64,000 nt of DNA from an uncultured delta proteobacterium (GTDB taxonomy: Bacteria; Desulfobacterota; Binatia; Binatales; Binataceae). Positions within the stretch are counted from its first letter, which is position 1. The number at the start of each line of letters is the position of its first letter. The notes beneath the pieces were generated by a model. That model saw nothing but the letters and a program-made list of their open reading frames with translations, searched no databases and was not told where the DNA came from. Positions 10,348 to 21,615 of the stretch are shown one piece after another. The translations under genes were made by a program, and so were the position numbers. The stretch spans positions 1,056,001 to 1,120,000 of the forward strand of contig CAVXXK010000001.1 of the NCBI GenBank assembly GCA_963765675.1, written 5' to 3'.

Positions 10348-10938
10348 TCATCGTCGGGCACCCGGCAAATCGTCCAGCGCCAGATTCAGTTCCAGCACGT
10401 TAACTCCGGGCTCGCCCAGCACGCCCGCCCATCTCTGCCGAGTATTCTGACGCACGAGCGCGCGAACCGCATCCTCTCCGATTCCCCGTGCGCGAGCCAC
10501 TCGCGCCACCTGGAGTGCGGCGGCGGCGGGGCTGATTTCAGGATCCAGTCCGCTGCCGGACGCGGTCACCAGATCGGCGGGGACACCATCGGGCGCAATC
10601 GGACCATCCTCTTTCGATACTGCGGACACTCGCGCGCGCACCGCGTCGATCAGCGCCTTGTTGGTGGGACCAAGATTTGACCCGCCGGAATTCGACGCGT
10701 CGTAACCCTTGTCGCCGGCGGCAGAAGGACGTGGATGAAAATACTTGTCCTGCGAAAAATTCTGGCCGATCAGAGTCGAGCCGATTGGACGGCCGTCGCG
10801 TATTACCAGGCTGCCATTCGCCTGACTCGGAAACACGATTTGTGCGATCCCCCATACCACGACGGGGTAGATAAACCCGAGCAGAACGGTCATGACGATC
10901 GTCATGATGATCGCGGGTTTGATTTGGTTGCGTATCAC
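10348..10938 (-). CDS. kdpC: K+-transporting ATPase subunit C
   Basis: QANGSL, LIGQNF, YFHPRPSA, SGGSNLGP, VTASGSGLDP, VNVLELNLALD. Confidence 0.97.
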   Translation of the reverse strand: MIRNQIKPAIIMTIVMTVLLGFIYPVVVWGIAQIVFPSQANGSLVIRDGRPIGSTLIGQNFSQDKYFHPRPSAAGDKGYDASNSGGSNLGPTNKALIDAVRARVSAVSKEDGPIAPDGVPADLVTASGSGLDPEISPAAAALQVARVARARGIGEDAVRALVRQNTRQRWAGVLGEPGVNVLELNLALDDLPGARR

Positions 10939-10947
10939 AGGATCACC

Positions 10948-12990
10948 TCATGCCAAATGCATCGCTGCGACGGCCATGTCGATCGCCTTGATTCCGATGA
11001 ACGGAATAATCACGCCGCCCAGGCCATAGATGAGCAGATTGCGAGTCAGGATCGCCGCCGCGCCCACTGGACGATAGGCCACGCCGCGGAGCGCAAGCGG
11101 AATCAACGCGATAATGATCAGTGCGTTGAAAATGACGGCTGACAGGATCGCACTCTGCGGCGTGGACAAATGCATCACGTTGAGCGCCTGGAGCTGCGGA
11201 TAGCCCAGCACGAACATCGCGGGGATGATCGCGAAATACTTCGCCACGTCGTTGGCGATCGAGAATGTGGTGAGCGCTCCTCGCGTGATCAGCAATTGCT
11301 TGCCGATCTCGACCACTTCCATAATCTTGGTCGGATTCGAATCGAGGTCGATCATGTTGCCGGCTTCGCGCGCGGCCTGCGTGCCCGCGTTCATCGCGAC
11401 GCCGACATCGGCTTGCGCGAGCGCGGGCGCGTCGTTGGTGCCGTCGCCGATCATCGCGACCAGCTTGCCCTGCGCCTGCTCCTCGCGAATCAGGCGTAGC
11501 TTGGTCTCGGGGGTCGCCTCGGCGCGAAAGTCGTCAACCCCGGCTTCGCGCGCTATCGCGGCGGCGGTCAGCGGGTTGTCGCCGGTGATCATCACCGTGC
11601 GCAGGCCCATCGCGCGCAGCCGCTCGAAACGTTCGCGGATTCCGTCCTTGACGACGTCCTTCAGATGGATGACGCCGAGCACGCGCCCGCGATCGGCGAC
11701 AGCAAGCGGGGTTCCACCCGCCTTTGCGATCTCCTCAACGATCGCCGTGAGCTCTGCGGGCGGAGTGCCGCCGTTTTGCCGAGCGAACTCGAGCACCTGG
11801 TCGCTCGCGCCTTTGCGAATCATCCGGTCGTCGATATCGACGCCGCTCATTCGGGTTTGAGCCGAGAACGCGATGAAGGTCGCGTTGCGCTCGGCCAGAT
11901 CGTGTCCACGCAGATTGAATTCCCGTTTCGCGAGCACCGTGATCGAGCGGCCCTCGGGAGTTTCGTCGGCGAGCGATGCGAGCTGAGCCGCCTCGGCCAA
12001 TTCCGCGACCGCGACGCCTGGCACCGGCAGGAACTCGGTGGCCATCCGGTTGCCGAGCGTGATGGTTCCGGTTTTGTCGAGCAGCAGCGTGTCCACATCG
12101 CCGGCCGCTTCGACTGCGCGGCCGGACATCGCGAGCACATTGTGCTGCACCAGCCGATCCATCCCGGCGATTCCGATTGCAGAGAGCAAACCGCCAATCG
12201 TTGTCGGAATCAGGCACACCAGCAGCGCGACGATGACCGGCAGAGACAGAATCGTTCCGCCATACAGCGCGTATGGATACAGCGTCACGCAGACGAGCAG
12301 AAAAATAACGGTCAGGCCGGCGAGCAGAATGCTCAGCGCGATCTCGTTGGGCGTTTTCTGGCGCTGCGCACCCTCGACCAGCCCGATCATGCGGTCCATA
12401 AAAGTCTCGCCCGGGTTCGCCGTGATCTTGACCTTGATAAAATCCGAGATCACGGTGGTGCCTCCCGTCACGGCGCTGCGATCGCCGCCGCTCTCGCGGA
12501 TAACGGGCGCGGATTCGCCGGTGATGGCCGCCTCGTTGACCGCGGCGACGCCTTCGATAACTTCGCCGTCGCCGGGAATTACGTCGCCAGCTTCGACCAT
12601 CACTACGTCGCCGCGCCGCAGGTTGGTGGCGGGCACGGTCGAGATCGAGCCGTCGGCGGTGACCAGCTTCGCGAAGGTCTCGGTGCGGGTCTTGCGCAGG
12701 TTGTCGGCCTGCGCCTTGCCGCGTCCTTCCGCCATCGCCTCCGCGAAGTTTGCGAACACGACGGTGAACCACAGCCACAGCGCGATTTGCAGTTCGAACT
12801 TGGCCAGCGCTCCACGCGCGGCAAACCAGTCGCGAAACAGAATGATCGTGACCGCGAGCGCGGTGACCTCGACCACGAACATCACGGGGTTGCGCAACTG
12901 GACCCTAGGGTCGAGCTTGCGAAGAGAATCAACCAGGGCGCGCCCGACGATGTCGCGGTCCCAGAGTACGGGCGCTTTTCGTTCAGCCAT
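10948..12990 (-). CDS. kdpB: K+-transporting ATPase subunit B
   Basis: [18 protein letters not shown] phosphorylation site, GDGTNDAP. Confidence 0.98.
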   Translation of the reverse strand: MAERKAPVLWDRDIVGRALVDSLRKLDPRVQLRNPVMFVVEVTALAVTIILFRDWFAARGALAKFELQIALWLWFTVVFANFAEAMAEGRGKAQADNLRKTRTETFAKLVTADGSISTVPATNLRRGDVVMVEAGDVIPGDGEVIEGVAAVNEAAITGESAPVIRESGGDRSAVTGGTTVISDFIKVKITANPGETFMDRMIGLVEGAQRQKTPNEIALSILLAGLTVIFLLVCVTLYPYALYGGTILSLPVIVALLVCLIPTTIGGLLSAIGIAGMDRLVQHNVLAMSGRAVEAAGDVDTLLLDKTGTITLGNRMATEFLPVPGVAVAELAEAAQLASLADETPEGRSITVLAKREFNLRGHDLAERNATFIAFSAQTRMSGVDIDDRMIRKGASDQVLEFARQNGGTPPAELTAIVEEIAKAGGTPLAVADRGRVLGVIHLKDVVKDGIRERFERLRAMGLRTVMITGDNPLTAAAIAREAGVDDFRAEATPETKLRLIREEQAQGKLVAMIGDGTNDAPALAQADVGVAMNAGTQAAREAGNMIDLDSNPTKIMEVVEIGKQLLITRGALTTFSIANDVAKYFAIIPAMFVLGYPQLQALNVMHLSTPQSAILSAVIFNALIIIALIPLALRGVAYRPVGAAAILTRNLLIYGLGGVIIPFIGIKAIDMAVAAMHLA

Positions 12991-13022
12991 TCGAGCATTC
13001 CTCCCTTAACAACCGGCGCGGC

Positions 13023-14756
13023 TCAGTAAAGTTTGCCTGAGATCATCGATAGGTGTTCGACGATCGGGCCGAGCGCATCCGCCGGGAAAAAAGTCAGCGC
13101 GGCGACGATCAGGATCACGCCAACCAGCAGGATGACGAAGACCGCTCCGGTGGTTGGAAAAGTACCCGCGCTCTGCGGCACCACGCGCTTGCCCGAGAGC
13201 GATCCCGCCAGCGCGAGCGCGGGAACCTTCATCATGAAGCGCCCGAATAGCATCGAGAGCGCGATCGTGACGTTGAAAAAGGCGGTATTAGCGTTGAGTC
13301 CGGCAAACGCCGAGCCATTGTTCGCCGCGCCTTCCGTGTACGCATAGAGGATTTGTGAAAATCCATGCGGTCCGGGATTCGAGATTCCAGCCAGTCCGGC
13401 CTTGGTCGCGATCGCAACGGCAGCGGGCAGAAGAATCGCCGCCGGAAAGATCAGCACGTAAAACATCGCGAGCTTCATCTCGCGCGATTCGATCTTCTTG
13501 CCCAGATATTCCGGCGTTCGCCCGACCATCAGTCCCGCGATAAACACCGACAGCACCGCCATTACCAGCATCCCGTAAAGTCCCGAGCCGACGCCGCCAA
13601 AAATGATCTCGCCGATCTGCATGTTGACCAGCGGCACCAATCCGCCGAGCGGCGTGTAACTGTCATGCATCGAATTCACCGCGCCGCAGGAAGTGTCGGT
13701 CGTGACCGTCGCCCACAGCGCGGAGTTGATAATCCCGAAGCGGACTTCCTTGCCTTCCATATTGCCGCCGGACTGACCGGCGCTGGCGTGCTGATTCACG
13801 CCAATCCGCGCCAGGTCGGGATTGCCGCGTTGCTCGGCCCATATCGAGGAGGTCGCGCCGACGATGAACAGCAAAGCCATCGCGGTAAACAGCGCCCACC
13901 CCTGCCGTGTGTCGCCTGCCATCAAACCGAAGACATGAGTCAGTCCGGCGGCGATCGCGAAAATCGCCAGCATCTCGAGCAGATTAGTCAGTGGCGTTGG
14001 ATTCTCGTACGGATGCGAGGAGTTGGCGTTGAAGAATCCGCCGCCGTTGGTCCCGAGTTCCTTGATCACCTCCTGCGACGCGACCGGGCCTTCGGCAATA
14101 ATCTGCGTGGCGCCCTCGACCGTCTGTGCGTGAATGTAGGGCTCGAAATTGTCCGGTACCCCCTGCCACACCAGCACCAGGGCCAGCACGATCGAAATTG
14201 GGAGCAGTATCCACAGGGTGGCGCGAGTCAGATCGAACCAGAAGTTTCCAAGCGTCCGCGCGCTGCGCCGGACGAAGCCGCGGATAACCGCGATTGCGAC
14301 CGCGATTCCGGCGGCCGCCGACACGAAATTGTGGAAGGCCAGACCCGCCATCTGCGTCAGGTAGCTCATGGTCGATTCACCGCCGTAAGCCTGCCAGTTA
14401 GTATTGGTGGTGAAGCTTGCGGCGGTGTTGAATGCGAGCGACGGCCCCACCGCGCCGAGCGCCTGCGGGTTTAGCGGCAAGAGGCCCTGCAGCCGCTCGA
14501 TTCCATAGAGCAGAAGCATCCCGGCCATGCTGAACATCAGCATCGCGATCGCATACTCGGCCCAACCCATTTCGGTGGCGGGATTGATCCGGCAGACGCG
14601 GTAGATGATCCGCTCGACGGGCCGCAGGATTGGATCCAGAAAGGTCCGTTCCCCCGAGAAGACGTGCTTCATGTAACGTCCCAGAGGGATCGTCAGGAGC
14701 ACGACGAGGAGGCAGAAAATTCCCAATTGCAATACTTCATTCGAAAGCATTGTCAT
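13023..14756 (-). CDS. kdpA: K+-transporting ATPase subunit A
   Basis: SFTTNTNWQ, LGTNGGGFF, SCGAVNSMHDS, NNGSAFAG selectivity motifs. Confidence 0.98.
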   Translation of the reverse strand: MTMLSNEVLQLGIFCLLVVLLTIPLGRYMKHVFSGERTFLDPILRPVERIIYRVCRINPATEMGWAEYAIAMLMFSMAGMLLLYGIERLQGLLPLNPQALGAVGPSLAFNTAASFTTNTNWQAYGGESTMSYLTQMAGLAFHNFVSAAAGIAVAIAVIRGFVRRSARTLGNFWFDLTRATLWILLPISIVLALVLVWQGVPDNFEPYIHAQTVEGATQIIAEGPVASQEVIKELGTNGGGFFNANSSHPYENPTPLTNLLEMLAIFAIAAGLTHVFGLMAGDTRQGWALFTAMALLFIVGATSSIWAEQRGNPDLARIGVNQHASAGQSGGNMEGKEVRFGIINSALWATVTTDTSCGAVNSMHDSYTPLGGLVPLVNMQIGEIIFGGVGSGLYGMLVMAVLSVFIAGLMVGRTPEYLGKKIESREMKLAMFYVLIFPAAILLPAAVAIATKAGLAGISNPGPHGFSQILYAYTEGAANNGSAFAGLNANTAFFNVTIALSMLFGRFMMKVPALALAGSLSGKRVVPQSAGTFPTTGAVFVILLVGVILIVAALTFFPADALGPIVEHLSMISGKLY

Positions 14757-14773
14757 TACTCAGTCGAGTGAGG

Positions 14774-14866
14774 TTAGAACTTTTCGGGATTGATCAGCGC
14801 GTAGATCAGATAGACGCAGAGAACGACGGCGATCGTCGCACCCATGGCCAGATCAAGGGTGCTCAT
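14774..14866 (-). CDS. kdpF: KdpF subunit, 30 aa (MSTLDLAMGATIAVVLCVYLIYALINPEKF)
   Basis: Below the ORF-track cutoff; YL.YAL..PEKF signature directly upstream of kdpA. Confidence 0.92.
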   Translation of the reverse strand: MSTLDLAMGATIAVVLCVYLIYALINPEKF

Positions 14867-14946
14867 AGCCTTTGGCATCCTGCGACGTAGGCAACGCAGA
14901 CAATGAAGAATGCGATAGTTCCGAAGATGGACAGCAAGTCGTACAT
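14863..14946 (-). CDS. 27-aa hydrophobic peptide upstream of kdpF (MYDLLSIFGTIAFFIVCVAYVAGCQRL)
   Basis: Single TM helix; its stop overlaps the kdpF ATG (ATGA). Confidence 0.75.
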   Translation of the reverse strand: MYDLLSIFGTIAFFIVCVAYVAGCQRL

Positions 14947-14958
14947 GCAGACCTATCG

Positions 14959-14974
14959 TGCACTCACCGTGCCA
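14959..14974 (-). promoter_or_regulatory. sigma54 (-24/-12) promoter of kdp operon
   Basis: Minus strand TGGCACGGTGAGTGCA, with GG-N10-GC spacing; a sigma54 activator is encoded in the same operon. Confidence 0.8.
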
Positions 14975-15028
14975 TCTGCAACCTGACCGCCGATACTCGC
15001 ACTATTTTCCGGCGAGCTTGTGCGAGAT

Positions 15029-15061
15029 TTCATTTTGCAATGCGAGACGATGCAACATGCA
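15029..15061. promoter_or_regulatory. putative enhancer (UAS) pair for the sigma54 activator
   Basis: TTCATTTTGCA (15029) and TGCAACATGCA (15051): TGCA-N3-TGCA-like sites 22 bp apart, ~80-110 bp upstream of the predicted start site. Confidence 0.5.
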
Positions 15062-15154
15062 GGCTATCGGAAATGGTGCCGGTACCGAGGTGGAGCGCGA
15101 CCGAGTGCGCGCGGTTTTTGATTCCGGCATACGGAAATCTCTCTTCGCCGGCGC

Positions 15155-16577
<1,423 letters not shown>

Positions 16578-16578
<1 letters not shown>

Positions 16579-18239
16579 TACACTCGCCTCGGATCGAACT
16601 CGGGCCGGCGCCCGGTTCCGTAAAGTTTGAGCGCGCCTTTTTCACCGATCGCGTTGGGCCGCTGGAAGATCCAGTTCTGCCACGCTGACAGGCGCGCGAA
16701 AATTTTCGATTCGATAGTCTCGGGTCCCGCGAAGCGCAGCGACGCTTCCAGTCCGCTGAGCGCGTCGGAGGAAAACGCGGCGCGCTCCTCGATCGCGAGC
16801 CGGGTCTCGTCGTCCCAATCGATATCGTCGGGAGTGAAGCCGACCAGCCCGAGCGCGTCGGCGGCTTCGGCATCAAGCTCCTCGCCGATTCGAGCTCGCA
16901 GCGCTTCGACCTGTTCGGGAGCCGCTAGAAAGCGCGTCTGCAGTCGCGCGAGGCCGTTGCACATCGGCAGCGCGCCGAAATTCATTTTCGACAGCGCGAT
17001 TCGCGCCGGAGCAAGCTCGTCGTCGTCGCGTTTTCCGCGCATCATGTATGCGCGGTCGGCGGCGAGCGCGATTTCCGTCAGGAATCCGCCAAAACACGAA
17101 CCCGGCTCGATCAACGCAAACATCGAGCGCGAGCTTACGTCGAGCCGCTTCAAGGTGCGCTTCAGGTAGAGAACGATCTCGCGGAAGAGCCAGTCGCCGG
17201 CGTGCGTCGCCAGGAAATCGTCGTGAGACTTTACCCGCGCGAGGTCGCCCACGGTTTGGAAGATCCAGGTATGGATCGTGTCTTCGTTAAAGCGCAGATG
17301 AAGGATCGCGTCCTCGAGCTCGCGCGCGAACGCCAGCGGCCAGAACTCGCATCCGAGCGCGATCGCCTGGTCGATTCGCGTCGGCGCCGGCTCGGACGGA
17401 CCCTCGATACGGAAGACAGCGGCGGAGCGCGCGCGATCGAGCTCAACCGTCATGTGCGGATACACAATCCGGTCGCCTTCGATCGTGCGCGCGAGCGGGC
17501 GTAGCGCGATCCCGCTGTGAGCGGAGGCGCTGCGATCCGAGCGCGCCGCGAACTCGGCCGCCTTGCGCGCCGCGATCTCCGCAAGCGCGGAGCGTGGCGC
17601 GACTTGATCGACCAGCCGCCAATCGACAGCGCGCGCGCCCTTGATTCCTTCCTCGGTGGTGCAGAAAAAGTCCGCGTGGTCGCGCCGCACGTGCCGCTTG
17701 TCCACCAGCCGCGTCAGCCCTCCGGTTCCCGGCAACACCGCGAGGAGAGGCAGCTCGGGCAGCGAGACGCTGGTCGAGCCGTCATCGGCCATGATGATGT
17801 AATCCGTCGCGAGCGCGAGCTCGTAGCCTCCGCCCGCGCACGGACCGCCGATCGCGGTCATATAGAACTGCCGCGAATTCTGCGTCGCGTCCTCGATCGC
17901 GATACGGGTCTCATTGGTGAACTTGCAGAAATTCACTTTGAACGGATGGCTCGACTGCGCGAGCATCCTGATGTTCGCGCCGGCGGAGAACACGCGCTCC
18001 CGCGCCGAGGTGATCATCACGCATCCGACCTCCGGATGCTCGAAGCGCAGGCGCTGGATCGCGTCGTTGAGTTCGATATCGACGCCCAGGTCATAGGAAT
18101 TGAGCTTCAGCTCGTAGCCTGGAACCAGGCCGGCGGTTTCGTCCACGTCCATCGCGAGCGTGGCGACCGCTCCCGCGATCGAAAGCTTCCAGTGCCGGTA
18201 GCGCGAAGGCTCGGTGCGAAAATCAATGATTGGAGTCAT
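16578..18239 (-). CDS. boxC: 2,3-epoxybenzoyl-CoA dihydrolase BoxC
   Basis: Y.HWKL, LKLNSYDLGVDIEL, KVNFCKFTNETR, LSAWQNWIFQRPNA; adjacent to boxB. Confidence 0.93.
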
Positions 18240-18255
18240 TGGGTTCGTTTCCAGT

Positions 18256-20235
18256 TTAGCGCCGGCGCAGCGCGATGCGAACCTCACCCGCACCTCGAGC
18301 GGTGACGAGCAGGCGTTGATGCTCGGCATCGGATCGAGCTTCGCCGCCGGAGATCTCGAAATCGTATCCGCGTGGATATTGCAGCCGCGGCACGAAGATC
18401 TCGGTCTCGCCCGGATGATCCCGATCGGTGTCGAAGACGAACTCGAAGGTGCCCGACAGCCGATCGAACTTCATCATTCGCGGCGTCCCCTGCGTGGCGT
18501 GCGCGAAAGGACGAACGAACCCAGCAAGCGCGCGTCCGCCGCTGTCGAGGTCCGTGGGGTCGGTCTGCTGATCACGGGAGAAGATGCTTAAGTCCTCCTG
18601 GTTCCATCCGTCGCCGATCGCCAGATCGTTGCGATTGGACGCGGTGTAGTTCCAGTGCGTGCTGTTGATCAGCAGCGCGTCGAGCGCGTTGTACATCAGG
18701 TCGAGTGCGACGATATGCGGAGTCCACGGAGCTAAGGAGCGGTCGCCGTCGCGGAAGGCGCGATAAGCCTCGGCGCCGTTTAAGTCGAACGGAATTCCGA
18801 ACTCGCCGACCATCGTCGGCACTCCGTCGCCGATGCGCTCCGAGGTTTTGGCAAGCCGTCCGAGCTGCTGCTCGTAGCGAGTCTGAATCTGCGCGGCAAT
18901 GGCGGCCGTCTCGCCGCTCATCGCGCCGAGAGTTAAATCGGTGCGGAAGGTTTTCGTGCCCAACGTCACGATATCGTACCAGTGTCCCGCATTGACGCTG
19001 TTTTCGGGAGTCTCGGCGGGAAAACCGGGTCCGAGGAATCCGGAGAGTGGATCGAGTTCCGCGAACAGGATCCAGTCCGGATTAATCGCGCGCATGTTCT
19101 CGGCCACGCGGGTGAAAAACGGACCCATGTAGTCCTCGATGAAGTTGACCTTGCGATCGCCGACGCGCTGAAAAAAATCGTCGCGCAAAATCTCGTAGCT
19201 GCCGCCGGCGCCGCGCCGCCACGCGCCCGCTTGCTCGAACGGATCGGCGCGACCCTCCTGCCAGATCGATACGCCGCGCTCGTTGATCGCGCGTTCGCGC
19301 CGCTCGACCGTTCGCTTGAGCGCTTTGTCGTATCCGAGCACCGGTATTTTGCGGATCACGCCGTGCGACACCAGCAGCCCGTCGATCGGCGACCACGCGA
19401 GGCCCGCGCCGGCGGGAAACGGATTCTCTTCGCTAGGACCGAGATGGCGATAGCTGAGCGAGTGCCCTATCCATCCTTCGTGCGGCTCGTTCAAGGTGTC
19501 GAAGCCCATCACGTTTGGAAGATCGCGCACGCGTCGGGCGATCTCGGCCTGCGAGGCCAGATAATGCTCCTGCATGTAGTCCTGGATGTTGAGCCCGTCG
19601 ATAACGAGGCCGGGCGCGAAGTCACTGCCCGCGAAAAACAGCGTCCACATGATTCCGTTGGCCGGCCAATGCGCGTTCTGCGACCAGCTCATCGTCGGGT
19701 AACGATCCTCCTGCCTCCCGCCGCGCGCGTAGTCGTAGAGATTTTGCATCACATGCGCCGATTCCGACTCGCCCAGCCGCCGATAGTCGATTCCGACCTT
19801 CTCGAACATCCAGCCCGGAGCGCCGTCGCCGCCACTCATCCGGCTCCATACGTCCTGATGAAAATCGACGAAGACATAGAGCCCAAACTCGCCCGCGCGC
19901 CGGCATAGCTCGGCGTAGTAGTCGAGGTACTCGGCGTCGAATTCGCCCGGCCCGCGATGCTCGACGGCTTCCCACGTCGTCAGCATCCGCACGCAGTTGA
20001 ACCCCCAATGGCGCAGACGCGCGAAATGCTCGGCGGCTTCGTTTAGTGGAAACGGACGCCCAATGAACGAAACCTCGCGATGGTCCGAGAAATCGGAAGG
20101 AAAGTTGGTGCCGCCGTCCGGATAAGGGACCTTGCAGTCGCCGCCCAGGTTGACGCCGCGCAGAATCACGCGGCGTCCCGATTCGTCAACGAACCATCGC
20201 CCCTCGAGATGCAGCCGCGGCATTGTTGTTGCCAT
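18256..20235 (-). CDS. GH5 glycoside hydrolase (endoglycoceramidase/steryl-glucosidase-like)
   Basis: LRGVNLGG, DFHQDVWSR, TLNEP acid/base, VGEFG nucleophile, WNQEDLSI; no signal peptide. Confidence 0.88.
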   Translation of the reverse strand: MATTMPRLHLEGRWFVDESGRRVILRGVNLGGDCKVPYPDGGTNFPSDFSDHREVSFIGRPFPLNEAAEHFARLRHWGFNCVRMLTTWEAVEHRGPGEFDAEYLDYYAELCRRAGEFGLYVFVDFHQDVWSRMSGGDGAPGWMFEKVGIDYRRLGESESAHVMQNLYDYARGGRQEDRYPTMSWSQNAHWPANGIMWTLFFAGSDFAPGLVIDGLNIQDYMQEHYLASQAEIARRVRDLPNVMGFDTLNEPHEGWIGHSLSYRHLGPSEENPFPAGAGLAWSPIDGLLVSHGVIRKIPVLGYDKALKRTVERRERAINERGVSIWQEGRADPFEQAGAWRRGAGGSYEILRDDFFQRVGDRKVNFIEDYMGPFFTRVAENMRAINPDWILFAELDPLSGFLGPGFPAETPENSVNAGHWYDIVTLGTKTFRTDLTLGAMSGETAAIAAQIQTRYEQQLGRLAKTSERIGDGVPTMVGEFGIPFDLNGAEAYRAFRDGDRSLAPWTPHIVALDLMYNALDALLINSTHWNYTASNRNDLAIGDGWNQEDLSIFSRDQQTDPTDLDSGGRALAGFVRPFAHATQGTPRMMKFDRLSGTFEFVFDTDRDHPGETEIFVPRLQYPRGYDFEISGGEARSDAEHQRLLVTARGAGEVRIALRRR

Positions 20236-20322
20236 TTATTCGCTCTTCGCCCCGTGATGTTCTCTTGAATCTATACTAGAGAGAAGGGATACAGCGCCAA
20301 GCGCGAGCACACGAGGTGAATC

Positions 20323-21474
20323 ATGGGAGTGTTGTCAGGCTACAAGATAATCGAACTTGCCGGGATCGGTCCGGGACCGATGTGCGCGATGTTGCTGTCG
20401 GACATGGGCGCGGACGTGTTGCGCATCGACCGCACCGCGGACGCGGCGCTGGGCATTGCGATGGAGACCAAATACAGCCTGCTTAATCGCGGGCGCCGTT
20501 CGGTCGCGCTCGACCTCAAACGTCCCGAGGCGATCGAGGCGGTGCTGAAGCTGATCGAGAAGGCGGACGCGCTTATAGAGGGCTTTCGGCCCGGCGTGAC
20601 CGAACGGCTCGGACTCGGTCCCGACGATTGCCTCAAACGCAATCCTCGCCTGATTTACGGACGCATGACCGGATGGGGTCAGGAGGGTCCGCTCGCGCAT
20701 GCCGCCGGCCACGATATCAATTACATCGCGCTGTCAGGCGCGCTCGCCAGTATCGGCCGCAAGGGCGACGCTCCGCTTCCTCCGCTGAACCTGGTGGGAG
20801 ACTTTGGCGGAGGCGCACTGTATCTCGCGCTCGGCGTGGTCGCGGGACTGCTCGAGGCGCAGAAGTCGGGCAAGGGCCAGGTGGTCGATGCGGCGATGGT
20901 CGATGGAGCGGCGTCGCTGATGACCGCGATCTACGGCCTGCGGTTGTCGGGAGTATGGAACGACAAGCGCGGCGAAAATATTCTCGACACGGGCGCGCAC
21001 TACTACGAGGTTTACGAAACCAAGGACGCCAAGCACGTCGCGATCGGATCGATCGAAGCCAAATTTTATGATGAGCTGCTGCGCCTGTCGGGCCTCAAGG
21101 GACAGGAGCTGCCGCGCCAGAACGACCGCGCGTCGTGGCCGAAAATGAAGGAGCGGCTGAAGGCGCTGTTCCTGACCAAGACGCGCGACGAGTGGTGCGC
21201 GATCATGGAGGGCAGCGACATCTGCTTCGCGCCGGTGCTCAGCATGGACGAGGCTCCGCATCATCCGCACAACCGGCATCGCGGCACCTTCGTCGAAAGC
21301 GGCGGCGTTCTCCAGCCGGGTCCGGCTCCTCGTTTCAGCCGCACCCCCAGCAAAATCCAGCGTCCGCCTGCGCGGCCGGGCGAGCATACGGAGGCCGCGC
21401 TCGGCGATTGGGGTTTCAGCGCCGGCGACCTCGAGCGGCTGCGCAAATCCGGCGCGATCGCTGGTAAGCAATAG
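20323..21474 (+). CDS. CaiB/BaiF family III CoA-transferase / alpha-methylacyl-CoA racemase
   Basis: GIGPGP, LNRGRRS, EGFRPGV.ERLG, GHDINY, NLVGDFGGG. Confidence 0.93.
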   Translation: MGVLSGYKIIELAGIGPGPMCAMLLSDMGADVLRIDRTADAALGIAMETKYSLLNRGRRSVALDLKRPEAIEAVLKLIEKADALIEGFRPGVTERLGLGPDDCLKRNPRLIYGRMTGWGQEGPLAHAAGHDINYIALSGALASIGRKGDAPLPPLNLVGDFGGGALYLALGVVAGLLEAQKSGKGQVVDAAMVDGAASLMTAIYGLRLSGVWNDKRGENILDTGAHYYEVYETKDAKHVAIGSIEAKFYDELLRLSGLKGQELPRQNDRASWPKMKERLKALFLTKTRDEWCAIMEGSDICFAPVLSMDEAPHHPHNRHRGTFVESGGVLQPGPAPRFSRTPSKIQRPPARPGEHTEAALGDWGFSAGDLERLRKSGAIAGKQ

Positions 21475-21615
21475 CCGGTATTTGCATATCCGCTGGATGC
21501 GCCGGGCGTGCCGATTGCCGCGCCAAACTGACCGTTTGCGAGTACTCGCTTGCGGCGCGGCGCGACTCTGACCACATGATATCTGCCGACTTAGCGTCGT
21601 CGCATTGGTCGAGGT

